64,000 nucleotides of DNA from Halorussus marinus (GTDB taxonomy: Archaea > Halobacteriota > Halobacteria > Halobacteriales > Haladaptataceae), in contig NZ_SBIV01000006.1 of NCBI RefSeq assembly GCF_004765795.1, positions 186,001 through 250,000 on the forward strand, written 5' to 3'. This document shows, one piece after another, positions 20,239 to 29,413 of this stretch. The notes beneath the pieces are model-generated. The model was not told where the DNA came from. It was given only the letters and a program-made list of their open reading frames with translations, and made no database searches. How positions within the stretch are numbered: position 1 is the stretch's first letter; every line of letters starts with the position of its first letter. A program made the position numbers and the translations under genes.

Positions 20239-20847
20239 TCAGCCCCGATTCAGTTCGAGGGTCACGGTCACCGGGTCGTCGGTCGCGTCGAACGCGATCG
20301 CGCCCGAGTACCGGTAGTCGTCGCGGCCGCCGCCGGCCACGGCTCCCCGGACCACGTTGCCGTCGACGGTGTCGCCCCGGTCGGCGTGGTCGCCTTTCTG
20401 CACGCGACCGCTCACGCGGAACTCGTAGTCCGCGTCCCGACCGGTGGATCTGATCTCGACGCGGTTGGGGAGCCGTCCCGTGTTGTCCCGGATCAGATCG
20501 CCGTTCACGAACACTTTCCCCGGGCCGGTGAGGTCGAGTTCGCGTATCTCCCCGGAGAACCGGAAGCTGTCGGCCCGGCCCTCGCTGGCCGCGCCCTCGA
20601 CGGTCCGGGCGTCGAGGAACTCGTCGCCGCTGTCGCTCTCGTAGGGGCCGCCGCGCCGGATCTCGCCGCTCACGCGGATCCGGTATCGAAACACTTCCTC
20701 GCTGGTCGAGCGGAACGTGACGACGTTCGGCGTCGCGCTCGCGCTCCCGGCGAACGCCGCGCCGGCGACGCCCGCGGCCGCCCCGCTCAGCATCGTTCGT
20801 CGGGCGATACCCCGGTCGCTCGCGTCGGTCGTCGTGTCGTCGGGCAT
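20239..20847 (-). CDS. Tat-exported protein with two internal beta-rich repeats
   Basis: ARRTML signal; repeated Y.(I/F)RVSG...G..D.(F/Y)R(F/Y)SG. Confidence 0.7.
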   Translation of the reverse strand: MPDDTTTDASDRGIARRTMLSGAAAGVAGAAFAGSASATPNVVTFRSTSEEVFRYRIRVSGEIRRGGPYESDSGDEFLDARTVEGAASEGRADSFRFSGEIRELDLTGPGKVFVNGDLIRDNTGRLPNRVEIRSTGRDADYEFRVSGRVQKGDHADRGDTVDGNVVRGAVAGGGRDDYRYSGAIAFDATDDPVTVTLELNRG

Positions 20848-21127
20848 CTCTCTCCCCCGGTCGGGGCGTCGGGCGCCGCGCGCTTCAAACCGGTCGGCGC
20901 TCAAGCCGACTCAACCCGGATCAATCGGTGTTCCCGCCGAATCAAACGGCGTTCACGAACGCAACGACTGATTGTCAACTGACAACGTATGTCAGTAGTT
21001 CTCGCGGCGACAGGTCGGGGCGCCGACCGAGTCGCGCGAAACCCCGGCGTTCGGGTCGGCTCGCCGTCACGTTCGGGCGACGCGAGGGTCCGGGAGGTTT
21101 TAGTGACCGGGGTCGAAGGCCCGAGGC

Positions 21128-21865
21128 ATGTCCGCCCAGGTTACGACCGCCCCGGCCGAGCCGGTCTCGGTCGCCATCGACCCGCACGTCCACTCGCAGG
21201 CCTCCTACGACGGACACGAGCCGGTCGAACTCCTCTTGGAGCAGGCCGCGGACGTGGGTCTCGACGGGATCGTGATCACCGACCACGACGAGATCGGCGC
21301 GTCGCTCAGGGCGGCCGAGATCGCGCCCGACTACGGTCTGCTCGGGATCCCGGGCGTCGAGGTCTCGACGGCCGCGGGCCACCTCCTCGCGATCGGCGTC
21401 GAGGAGCGCCCGGCCCCGGGCCGACCGCTCGACGAGACCGTCGAGACCGTCCGGGACCTCGGCGGGGTCGCGGTCGTCCCCCATCCGTTCCAGCGGACCC
21501 GCCACGGCGTCCCCAAGCGACATCTCCGGGACTGTGACGCCATCGAGGTGTTCAACTCGTGGGTGTTCACCGGCTATCGCAACCGTCGGGCAAAGCGGTT
21601 CGCCCGCGAACACGACTACCCCGGCGTCGCGGCAAGCGACGCCCACTCGGCGGGGTACATCGGCCGGGCGTACACCGAACTGGCGGTCGACGACGCGGCC
21701 TCGAAGGCAGACCTCGACGGCGATCGGGTGGTCGAGGCCATCCGCGAGGGCGAGGCCGAGATCCGCGGGCGGCGCCAGCCGATCCACCGGAGCGCCCGCC
21801 ACTATCTGGCCGGCGCGGGCCGGAAGGTCGGCTGGGCGGTCCGGCCTCACGTTCCCGGGCTGTGA
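21128..21865 (+). CDS. PHP-domain metallophosphoesterase
   Basis: DPHVHS, ITDHD, GVEVS, HP, SDAH. Confidence 0.9.
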   Translation: MSAQVTTAPAEPVSVAIDPHVHSQASYDGHEPVELLLEQAADVGLDGIVITDHDEIGASLRAAEIAPDYGLLGIPGVEVSTAAGHLLAIGVEERPAPGRPLDETVETVRDLGGVAVVPHPFQRTRHGVPKRHLRDCDAIEVFNSWVFTGYRNRRAKRFAREHDYPGVAASDAHSAGYIGRAYTELAVDDAASKADLDGDRVVEAIREGEAEIRGRRQPIHRSARHYLAGAGRKVGWAVRPHVPGL

Positions 21866-21904
21866 CGGCCCAGCCGCCACGACCGCGGGAAGTCGGTCGT
21901 TCGG

Positions 21905-23188
21905 TTACGCCGTCCGCCGGAGGTAGACGCCGCCGCCGACGAACCCGAGCGCGACGAGCGTCAGTCCCAGTTCCGCCCCGGCGAACCAGTAGGGGAGCCA
22001 CGGCGCCGCACCCCGCGCCAGACTCACCGCGGGGTCGAGGACGGGGAGCCTATCGGCGCCGGCGCCCGCCGCGGCGTTGTACCGCTCGCCGGTCGGGCGC
22101 TCGCCCTCGGGGAGTCGCTCGGCCTCGTAGGGGATGTGTTCGGTGGTCGCGCTCCAGACGACGGTCCCGTTGGGCGTGACCTCCAGAAGTCGCTTGTTGA
22201 GCGTGTCGGTCACGAGGGTGTTGCCGTTCGCCAGCCGGTCGGCGTCTCGGGGCCAGTCGAACGGGATCCCGCCGGCCGAGTCCAGCTCCCAGGCGACCGT
22301 CCACTCGCCGGTCGACTCCTCGCGGTGCAACTCGACCACGCGGTTGTTGTCGCTGTCGGCGACGAGGACCGCGCCCTCGCCGAGCCACTGGGGGTTGTGC
22401 TGGTGGTTCAGCAGGCCGGGGTCGCCACACTGCACGTCGCCATCGCCGTCCGCGTCGCTCAGCTGGCCGCGCTGTGTGCAGGTGGCGTCGTCGCCGCCGT
22501 CGTCCTCGTTGATGACCTCGACGACGCCCTCGCCGCGCTCGACGACGAGGACCTGATTGGCGTTGCGCAGTGACACCAGATAGCGCCCCTCGTCGATCAC
22601 GTCGACGTCGTTGATGTGGAGCCAGTCGGTCCGGGTGGGATCGTCGGGCGCGTCGTAGAACGACGACCCGCGCCACTCCCAGACGGTCTGGTTGCCCGAG
22701 ACGATCGCGATCCGCTCGTGCTCCATGTCGGTGACGAGATACTCGCCGTCGCCGACGCGCTCGACGTCGTGGACCTCGCTGTTCGTCGGGGTCCGGACCG
22801 GGAACGAGTACTCGGAGACGACCTCGGGGGTCGGTTCGGGGTCGATGATCCGGAACCCGGTGTGCGTGCACGGCGACTCGTAGGGGCCACAGTCGTCGTA
22901 CCCCCCGTGCATGAACCCCGCCATCACGCTCCCGTTGTCGAGCATCGTCACGTCGAAGTAGCTGTCGGCGCTCCCCTCGTGCCAGACGACCTCGCTCCGC
23001 TCGAAGAGCGTGACGCCCCCGTAGTCGTGCCACCCCGCGCCCCCGCCCTGTACGCCGACGAGCGTCCGGCGGTCCTCGTCGGCCGCGACGCTCCGATCGG
23101 GGGTGGTGAGCCCGCTGACCGCGAGGGTCCCGATCAGGAGCGCGACGCCGATCGCGAGAACGACCGTACTGCGCGTCTTCCTATCCAT
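21905..23188 (-). CDS. Arylsulfotransferase (ASST)-like beta-propeller membrane protein
   Basis: DWLHINDVD, QHNP, WPRDADRL; TM helices at both ends. Confidence 0.8.
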   Translation of the reverse strand: MDRKTRSTVVLAIGVALLIGTLAVSGLTTPDRSVAADEDRRTLVGVQGGGAGWHDYGGVTLFERSEVVWHEGSADSYFDVTMLDNGSVMAGFMHGGYDDCGPYESPCTHTGFRIIDPEPTPEVVSEYSFPVRTPTNSEVHDVERVGDGEYLVTDMEHERIAIVSGNQTVWEWRGSSFYDAPDDPTRTDWLHINDVDVIDEGRYLVSLRNANQVLVVERGEGVVEVINEDDGGDDATCTQRGQLSDADGDGDVQCGDPGLLNHQHNPQWLGEGAVLVADSDNNRVVELHREESTGEWTVAWELDSAGGIPFDWPRDADRLANGNTLVTDTLNKRLLEVTPNGTVVWSATTEHIPYEAERLPEGERPTGERYNAAAGAGADRLPVLDPAVSLARGAAPWLPYWFAGAELGLTLVALGFVGGGVYLRRTA

Positions 23189-23299
23189 CACGGAACCACT
23201 CGACGCGGACGCGGGAAAAGGCTTCGAACGTTCGAGTTGTCGGGGATCCGACCGGCGCTACTGACGCGGAGCCGTCGCTCGTCGTCGCGAAATGCGGGA

Positions 23300-23392
23300 A
23301 GAAGTGGGCCGGCGCGAATTCGAATCGAGCGAGACTCGCTACGCTCGTCTCGCGTACTCTCGTTCGCTTCGCTCACGAGAACGCGGTTACGG
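23300..23392 (-). repeat. att site: partial tRNA-Pro 3' copy, interrupted
   Basis: 23300-23327 AGAAGTGGGCCGGCGCGAATTCGAATCG is identical to 60758-60785; 23382-23392 CGCGGTTACGG is identical to 60784-60794. Confidence 0.92.
23328..23381. repeat. 54-bp double-hairpin (REP-like) insert within the att site
   Basis: GCGAGAC-TCGCTACGCTC-GTCTCGC and TCTCGT-TCGCTTCGCTC-ACGAGA; flanked by CG on both sides. Confidence 0.8.
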
Positions 23393-23557
23393 ATCGAGCG
23401 TTCCAAACGATTTCGCGGGTCCTGCCGGGCATGCGGCCCTCCGGGCCGTTCCGGGCGGGCTTCCACCGTCCAAGGCCGACGGACCTCACCCCGGACTTCA
23501 CCGGCAGGGTGCGCTCAATCCAATCCCGGCCCGCAAACTCGCCCGTGCCCCAGAACA

Positions 23558-24586
23558 ATGGCACGAAACTCTCCCGACAACAGGCTTGAACCCCTCACAC
23601 CACGCGACGCAGTGGATCTGTACAAACAAGACCGTGAACGCGAACTCTCAGACGCGACCCTGCAGTCACACGGATACAGACTACAACGCTTCGTGGAATG
23701 GTGCGACCAAGAAGAGATTGACAACTTGAACGACATCACCGGCCGCGATGTTCAACGCTTCAAAATATTCCGGAAACAGAAGGTGAGCGATGTCACGCTT
23801 AAATCTAACCTGGACACACTCCGTGTCTTCCTCAGATTCGCTGTCAGCATCAACGCGTGTATCGACGGCCTCGATGAAACGGTCAACTCCCCCAGTTTAG
23901 CTGACCCGGGCGCGCAAGGCACCGACACGGTCCCCCGACAGAAGGCCGAGCAGATCCTGAAGTACCTCGATAAGTACCAGTACGCGTCCCTACAACACGT
24001 CATCTTCCGGATCCTCTGGGAGACCGGGATGCGGATGGGCGCAGCACGAGCAATCGACCTGCAACACTACCACCCGCGAGACGAATACATCGAACTCCGA
24101 CACAACCCAGACACCGACACCCCACTGAAGAACAAGCGAAAAGGGGAGCGGGCAGTCGCAATCAGCACGCGGACCTGCAGGATCATCGATGACCACATCG
24201 AACACCACCGTCACGACGTACAGGACGACCACCGCAGAGACCCGCTTTTAACAACGAAACACGGTAGAATCACGAAGAACACGATCCGACTCAACGTGTA
24301 CCGAGTCACCCGGCCGTGTACGTTTAACGGCGGTGACTGTCCGCATGACCGCGACACGGACGAGTGCGAAGCAATGGATAACATGGCTGCGAGCAAATGC
24401 CCGTCTAGCACTGCTCCGCACTCGATTCGACACGGAGCGATTACTGACTACTTATCGTCAGATGTCGCTGCAGACGTCGTCAGCGACCGGATGAACGTCG
24501 GTACGGACATTATTGAGGAGAGATACGATCACCGTGATTCGCGGTCGAAAATGCGGCAGCGGAGAGAACGCATCGACTGGCTGTAA
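23558..24586 (+). CDS. Tyrosine recombinase/integrase (tRNA-targeting, SNJ2-like)
   Basis: ETGMRMG (R), LKNK (K), HSIRH, ERYD (Y); ATG at 23558 within the 22616 ORF. Confidence 0.92.
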   Translation: MARNSPDNRLEPLTPRDAVDLYKQDRERELSDATLQSHGYRLQRFVEWCDQEEIDNLNDITGRDVQRFKIFRKQKVSDVTLKSNLDTLRVFLRFAVSINACIDGLDETVNSPSLADPGAQGTDTVPRQKAEQILKYLDKYQYASLQHVIFRILWETGMRMGAARAIDLQHYHPRDEYIELRHNPDTDTPLKNKRKGERAVAISTRTCRIIDDHIEHHRHDVQDDHRRDPLLTTKHGRITKNTIRLNVYRVTRPCTFNGGDCPHDRDTDECEAMDNMAASKCPSSTAPHSIRHGAITDYLSSDVAADVVSDRMNVGTDIIEERYDHRDSRSKMRQRRERIDWL

Positions 24587-24621
24587 CCCGCGGGTGAGAG
24601 GGCAGGCACCCCAAACCGCGC

Positions 24622-25455
24622 TCACTTCCCAGTGTCCTCTTCGAGCACGTACCGATCCAGATTATCCAACGCCCGACCAACAGTCCGCGGAGCGACACCC
24701 AATCGCTCCGCACCTTTTCGCTTCGATAACGAATCCGGGTGGTCATCATGAACCATCGATAGTACAGCTCGCACCTCATCGTAGTCATCCCCAGGAACGA
24801 CTTTCCCCGAGTCGTCGTAGGTGAAGCCGAGCGGAGCCCGCCCGCGGTCACGATCGAGCCCATCACACCACCTTCGAACGTCACGAATCGCAGCCTCACG
24901 CTGCAACTCCGGACCACTCTTATCGAGCGATTCCAGCACCCCCAGCACCGCGTCCGCGGAATCACTATCGATCTCTGCAGCGACATCGTTCAGGTGGAGT
25001 GTCACACCAGAGTTGATCAGCGTTTCAACGCGGTCACGAATCTCTTCATGACCCTTACCGAGCGTTTCGATACTGTCAACGACGACGTGACGAATGTCGT
25101 CAGTCTTCTCGCTCACGCTCACACCATTCACGACGTGCCGCCGTTCGGGATCGATCCCCATCGCAATTCCACCAACGTCGATGGGGAACGCGCGGTCGGG
25201 GAGTTCGATCTTCCCGCTCGCAATTTGGTGTCCGTAGTCAGCGCGCGTTGCAGAGTCGATGTCTCCCGTGTCCACAATCTGGTTGGCGTGCGCTAAGCAC
25301 GACCGTACCGACTGTGCGAGTTCCTTCCGGGTTGGTTGGTGAACGATTACGCAGCACTTGTCAACCTCGCTGTCACCGTCAGTGTCACTGTCACCGAGCG
25401 AGTCGATGTCAGTCAACTGTAACTGATCCTCGTCGTCTAACTCTGCCTCTGTCAT
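24622..25455 (-). CDS. Degenerate serine-resolvase-like protein with C-terminal HTH
   Basis: VVVDSIETLGK...GVTLH, GRAPLGF, SKRKGAERLGVAPRTV; no YxRVS catalytic motif. Confidence 0.65.
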   Translation of the reverse strand: MTEAELDDEDQLQLTDIDSLGDSDTDGDSEVDKCCVIVHQPTRKELAQSVRSCLAHANQIVDTGDIDSATRADYGHQIASGKIELPDRAFPIDVGGIAMGIDPERRHVVNGVSVSEKTDDIRHVVVDSIETLGKGHEEIRDRVETLINSGVTLHLNDVAAEIDSDSADAVLGVLESLDKSGPELQREAAIRDVRRWCDGLDRDRGRAPLGFTYDDSGKVVPGDDYDEVRAVLSMVHDDHPDSLSKRKGAERLGVAPRTVGRALDNLDRYVLEEDTGK

Positions 25456-25499
25456 TACATGTCAAGGTAGTCCCGTCACGACCATAAGTTTTCACAGGG

Positions 25500-25605
25500 G
25501 GTTTCCGCACCTGTGCGAAAACCATACGCGGAATAGGCGAACCCGTGGCGGAAACCCTACGCGAAAACGAAACAATGGGGTGCGAAAACCATGCGCGAAA
25601 CCCAT
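25500..25605. repeat. Cluster of GCG(A/G)AA(A)C short repeats upstream of the resolvase-like gene
   Basis: GTGCGAAAACCATACGCGGAA (25513) and GTGCGAAAACCATGCGCGAAA (25580), plus GCGGAAAC and GCGAAAAC. Confidence 0.6.
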
Positions 25606-25934
25606 TCAGAGCAGCCATCTCAAACTATTGAGGTTTGAAAACACCGCGCGGTAGCTAAGGTGTTTATAGATGCTACAAAGAAATCTGAGGCTGCGGATGG
25701 GGTTTGGCCAGGGTGTAATATCGCCTCTCACACCCGGATATGTGTGTTGATGTAGAGGGTGTGGAGGATTTACCCCCCAAGAGTTTGAGACGTTCGCCCA
25801 CTGGGGTGGCGGGCGCTCATGCGCCACTGGGCTTCGAGACAGTGACCGCGGTCAGGGTGAGTGTAACCCCCTCTGAAAACCACACGAAGAACCCCACGGC
25901 AAGGAGACATTATACCAGAACCAGAAAATAACAT

Positions 25935-26810
25935 ATGCGCGAGCACCCTCCAGATCCACGTGACCCGCACGACCCGAGACGACAATCCAGTAACAACGCG
26001 CCTGCCCCGCTCACCCGAGTTGATACTGGCGGGTTCACCGATCGGCACTTAGAGACATACGGGATCACGAGCGATGAAGCCGCATTCCTGAAGGCTGTCG
26101 TGAAAGCGATGAACGGCGAGTTGGCCGGATACAACCTCACAGAGTCGATGTCATCCACAATCAAAACACTGTACGACATTGACGACGACAAACTCCAAGA
26201 GCTGGGGTATCTGAAACTCCATACAGGAGTCGCACGAAGACGCTATTACACCGTCACATCGGAAGGACAGAGAGCATGTAGGATGACGAAGAAACACGGG
26301 TTCGACATCGGCGATCCCGGTGATGACACCCCGCATCGAGTCGGTGTTGCGCTCACACGGCAGTACTACGCAGCGCGCGACGACGTCACCCGGGTCGAAG
26401 TCTCACCACGCGAGGGCGGGAACCGGACTGACTTAGTCGTCGTGGATACTGACTTCAATCGTATCGCTACGGTTGAGGTGGAAGGCGGACGCGTCAGTTC
26501 GGATCCTGGGGTGCCTGACGATGCGAGCCCCGGAATTAACGACTATTCGAGCCTCCGTCACGATTATCGTGTCCTGGCGGATGCTGATGGGGAGTCCGTG
26601 TGGGTCGTTCGTAACCACGAAGTCGCAGTTAACGTGTTACGGGCGTTGACTGCTGGCGAGTCGATCCCGGTTCACATCGACCGGGAGACACTCAAGGGGA
26701 TTGAGACTGGGCGGGTGAAGATTGGGGAGTTCAACGACGAACTCGATACGTTCGATGCACCAGGGCTCGATAGAGTGCTGACGTTCCAGCAGATCCGTAA
26801 CCGACTCTAA
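25935..26810 (+). CDS. Winged-helix plus PD-(D/E)xK-like protein (replication-relaxation-like)
   Basis: YYTVTSEG wing, H-RVGV, TDLVVVD...VEVE. Confidence 0.55.
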   Translation: MREHPPDPRDPHDPRRQSSNNAPAPLTRVDTGGFTDRHLETYGITSDEAAFLKAVVKAMNGELAGYNLTESMSSTIKTLYDIDDDKLQELGYLKLHTGVARRRYYTVTSEGQRACRMTKKHGFDIGDPGDDTPHRVGVALTRQYYAARDDVTRVEVSPREGGNRTDLVVVDTDFNRIATVEVEGGRVSSDPGVPDDASPGINDYSSLRHDYRVLADADGESVWVVRNHEVAVNVLRALTAGESIPVHIDRETLKGIETGRVKIGEFNDELDTFDAPGLDRVLTFQQIRNRL

Positions 26811-27317
26811 TCTGTTTCTGAAGGAGGTTCCCCCGCCAATCACACTCACGCGCCGCTGGGCTTCGAGGAAAGTGTCACGACCCGCGGTCAGTCACAGTGT
26901 CACGCACACCCTGGGGTGCCAGGCGACGACGACGCGCGACAGTCACGATCGACACGCGCGAACCTGTCAACGCTCACACGCCGCTAGTGCTCAGTCAAAA
27001 CGAAGAAACCTATAACGACAACCCAGAGACCATCCGAGGCAGCGCACCACCGCTGCCACGCGGGTCACACACTCTCTCTCTCTTCGAGCCCATCCACCAC
27101 CGGGCTCACGCTTCCACACAGAGACCGCTCACACGCCGCTCCAGCTGCCGCGGTCAGGACACGTCACGCCCCTCATCGAGCCAGCACACCCCGCCAACAC
27201 GCGCACGCGACAGCAGGAGCAACGTGACCATCGATCCAGACGCTGACGCTCACCCGTCCACAACGAGCGCGGCAGCCGCCGCGCCCTCCCCATCGATACC
27301 TCCAACTTCTTCCCTAC

Positions 27318-27461
27318 TATATTGGGGGTCATTTCGCTGGGAGAGCGCGCCCAAACTATCAGATAATTTAGGACCAATTGTTATAGTGGAGTTGATGTGA
27401 ATTGGTGGTCAGATATTTGATGATTTGGGGAGAGTGGCTCAGCAAAATGACCCACAACATA
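27318..27461. repeat. 144-bp imperfect inverted repeat, candidate replication origin
   Basis: 62-bp arms 27318-27379 and 27400-27461 align ungapped at 43/62 positions (hand count) around a 20-bp spacer; AT-rich. Confidence 0.75.
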
Positions 27462-27977
27462 ATCGCGCGCGGAGGAACAACGGGCTCACTGACAATCTGT
27501 TAACGATTACTGTCTCATCCAGTGACCCCCGGGGGTATCGGCACTCTACGAGGTTTAAGCGTGACAGAGGGTTGTAAGTCGTTGCCAGCAATTGATGCAG
27601 TCCACCTCACCCCTACAGCCAGCGTCAGAAGCCACCTCGATCCTCTGATCGCCCGAGGGTGGCGTGTTATGGAATTTTGAGAACTGCGAGGTGGCGCGGG
27701 GGTGCCCTCGAAAACTCATTGTTATAGGTTTCGATGACTACAATCACGTTGCGGGTAGTCATCGGTTAGAAGGCTCGAAACCCCCGAATCCTATACCCAC
27801 TTGAACGTTAGCGCGAGCGTTTATTAGTCCCCCATTCATACATGATGATAAGCTCACTCGGGGCGATCAACGTCGCCACTACACAGATCTCACATCCATC
27901 TCTCGGATGATGGAAAGTACACCAGGAGGCGTAGAACGCCTCCCGGGTGAGTGACCTCTCAAGAGGAGGTACCCAGA

Positions 27978-28145
27978 ATGACATACGACTCACAAGGTAA
28001 TAAGAGTGGTTGCATCGAAGCCGAAACTGACGTCGGATCAGACCGTGAGGAATTGGTTGCTGACGGTGGTCGTGACGTCGAAGAACACCACAGTAACGAT
28101 GACCGTCTCCAGCTCCGTGACCCAGTAAACGGGGGTGAAGAGTAG
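27978..28145 (+). CDS. Small acidic protein with LVADGG motif, first gene of the replication operon
   Basis: GGAGGT SD before the ATG; stop overlaps the next GTG. Confidence 0.55.
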   Translation: MTYDSQGNKSGCIEAETDVGSDREELVADGGRDVEEHHSNDDRLQLRDPVNGGEE

Positions 28146-29413
28146 TGGCAACGGAGAGTCAGCCGGACGACATCAGCATGCCGGACACGGACACACCAAC
28201 CGCCCGGCTCAACGCAGCATTCGAGACGTACCTGAACGACGTGAAAGACGCGGACAACGCAGGGACCGCGATGAAGTTGTGTCTCGATGCTGCAGAGGAC
28301 TTCGCCGAGTTAGAAGTCGAAGCCAGTGACGACAACACCGGCAGTATCCACGCGATGGCGAAAGCCTACCTGAACCAGCTGTCAGATTCGAAGAACGGTG
28401 TTGCGCGGAAGAACGTGCGGAAACACTGGTTGGACAAGATTGACGAGTTGGAAAAGAAGCAAAAGCTCGCAGACGGTGAAGACGTCTGGTTCAGTCAGAT
28501 CATCAGCAACCACCTAGTTGCTGTGACGAAGAAGGTGAACACGGACCGGTCAAGCACGGAAGAGACCGAGTACGTATTGGAATTCGATGCCGGCCCGAAC
28601 CTCACCGTCACGCAGTCAGTGCTGTTCGATCGGCGGAAGCTGTGGAAGGCGTACACGAGTTCGCGGGAAGGTGAGTATCCGGATCGGCGTGACGATGACG
28701 ACGACGATCGTGATGCCTGGGATAACCTGATGGGGAGCATCATCGAGCAGATCGGTGAAGACGTCGAACGCGAACACGGGCCGCGGACAGCAGCACTGCA
28801 GAGCTTAGAAGACTACGTGTCCAACACGACCGCGTACGGGAACCGGCAGGACACGGTTGAGAACGGTGGCGTGTACGTCGATACAGAACCGCCAGGGCAC
28901 GATGAGGTAGTGGTGCCCCGCGAAGCGATTGCATCGATCACGAACACGCACGAGATCACTGACCGTGCGCTGCAGTCGGAGATTGCAGCGCGTGGCCTGT
29001 CAGGACCATCGACCGCTGGGAAGACAGTGTCGCAGTCAACGACGGTGCACGGGAACTGGCAGACGTTCTGGTACCTCGATGGAGACCATTTCGACGAGGT
29101 TGGTGACTACAAGGAAGAAGCCGATGACCCCATCGACCGGATGCCCGATGCTCCCGGTGACGACGACAACGATGACGACAGTGCCGGTGATGCGAACGCG
29201 TCCGGTGGCAACGACGATGATGACAGCAGTGACGGCGGGTCAGTTGCAGACACGACCACCAGCAACACCGGTGACACTGACGGTGGTAGTGAAGTTGTAA
29301 ACGACACCACCAGCCAGTCCAACACGGGGTCTGACGGGGGTAGCGACGATGACGGTGACAGTGAACCCGGGAAAATCGGCTCTTACGGCCCCGACACGGG
29401 GGGTGATGCGTGA
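28145..29413 (+). CDS. Replication-associated hypothetical protein with acidic low-complexity tail
   Basis: 422 aa; GGGGTGA SD; coupled to the helicase gene. Confidence 0.8.
   Translation: MATESQPDDISMPDTDTPTARLNAAFETYLNDVKDADNAGTAMKLCLDAAEDFAELEVEASDDNTGSIHAMAKAYLNQLSDSKNGVARKNVRKHWLDKIDELEKKQKLADGEDVWFSQIISNHLVAVTKKVNTDRSSTEETEYVLEFDAGPNLTVTQSVLFDRRKLWKAYTSSREGEYPDRRDDDDDDRDAWDNLMGSIIEQIGEDVEREHGPRTAALQSLEDYVSNTTAYGNRQDTVENGGVYVDTEPPGHDEVVVPREAIASITNTHEITDRALQSEIAARGLSGPSTAGKTVSQSTTVHGNWQTFWYLDGDHFDEVGDYKEEADDPIDRMPDAPGDDDNDDDSAGDANASGGNDDDDSSDGGSVADTTTSNTGDTDGGSEVVNDTTSQSNTGSDGGSDDDGDSEPGKIGSYGPDTGGDA

Noticed and set aside
140..23033. Many long Arg/Pro/Gly-rich ORFs in the track (e.g. 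2320-4233, 5979-8135, 11988-14339, 14677-17667)
   Set aside because: Shadow frames of real genes in high-GC DNA; no motifs and non-acidic composition
22616..23557. N-terminal extension making the integrase 656 aa
   Set aside because: Overlaps the ASST gene antisense and crosses the att site; the realistic start is ATG 23558
27978..28145. Second Pup-like peptide (ends NGGEE)
   Set aside because: The GG codons are the GGGGGTGA Shine-Dalgarno of the overlapping next gene, and the peptide does not end in GGE. This is also a caution for the 34649 peptide, although that one has no downstream gene needing an SD.
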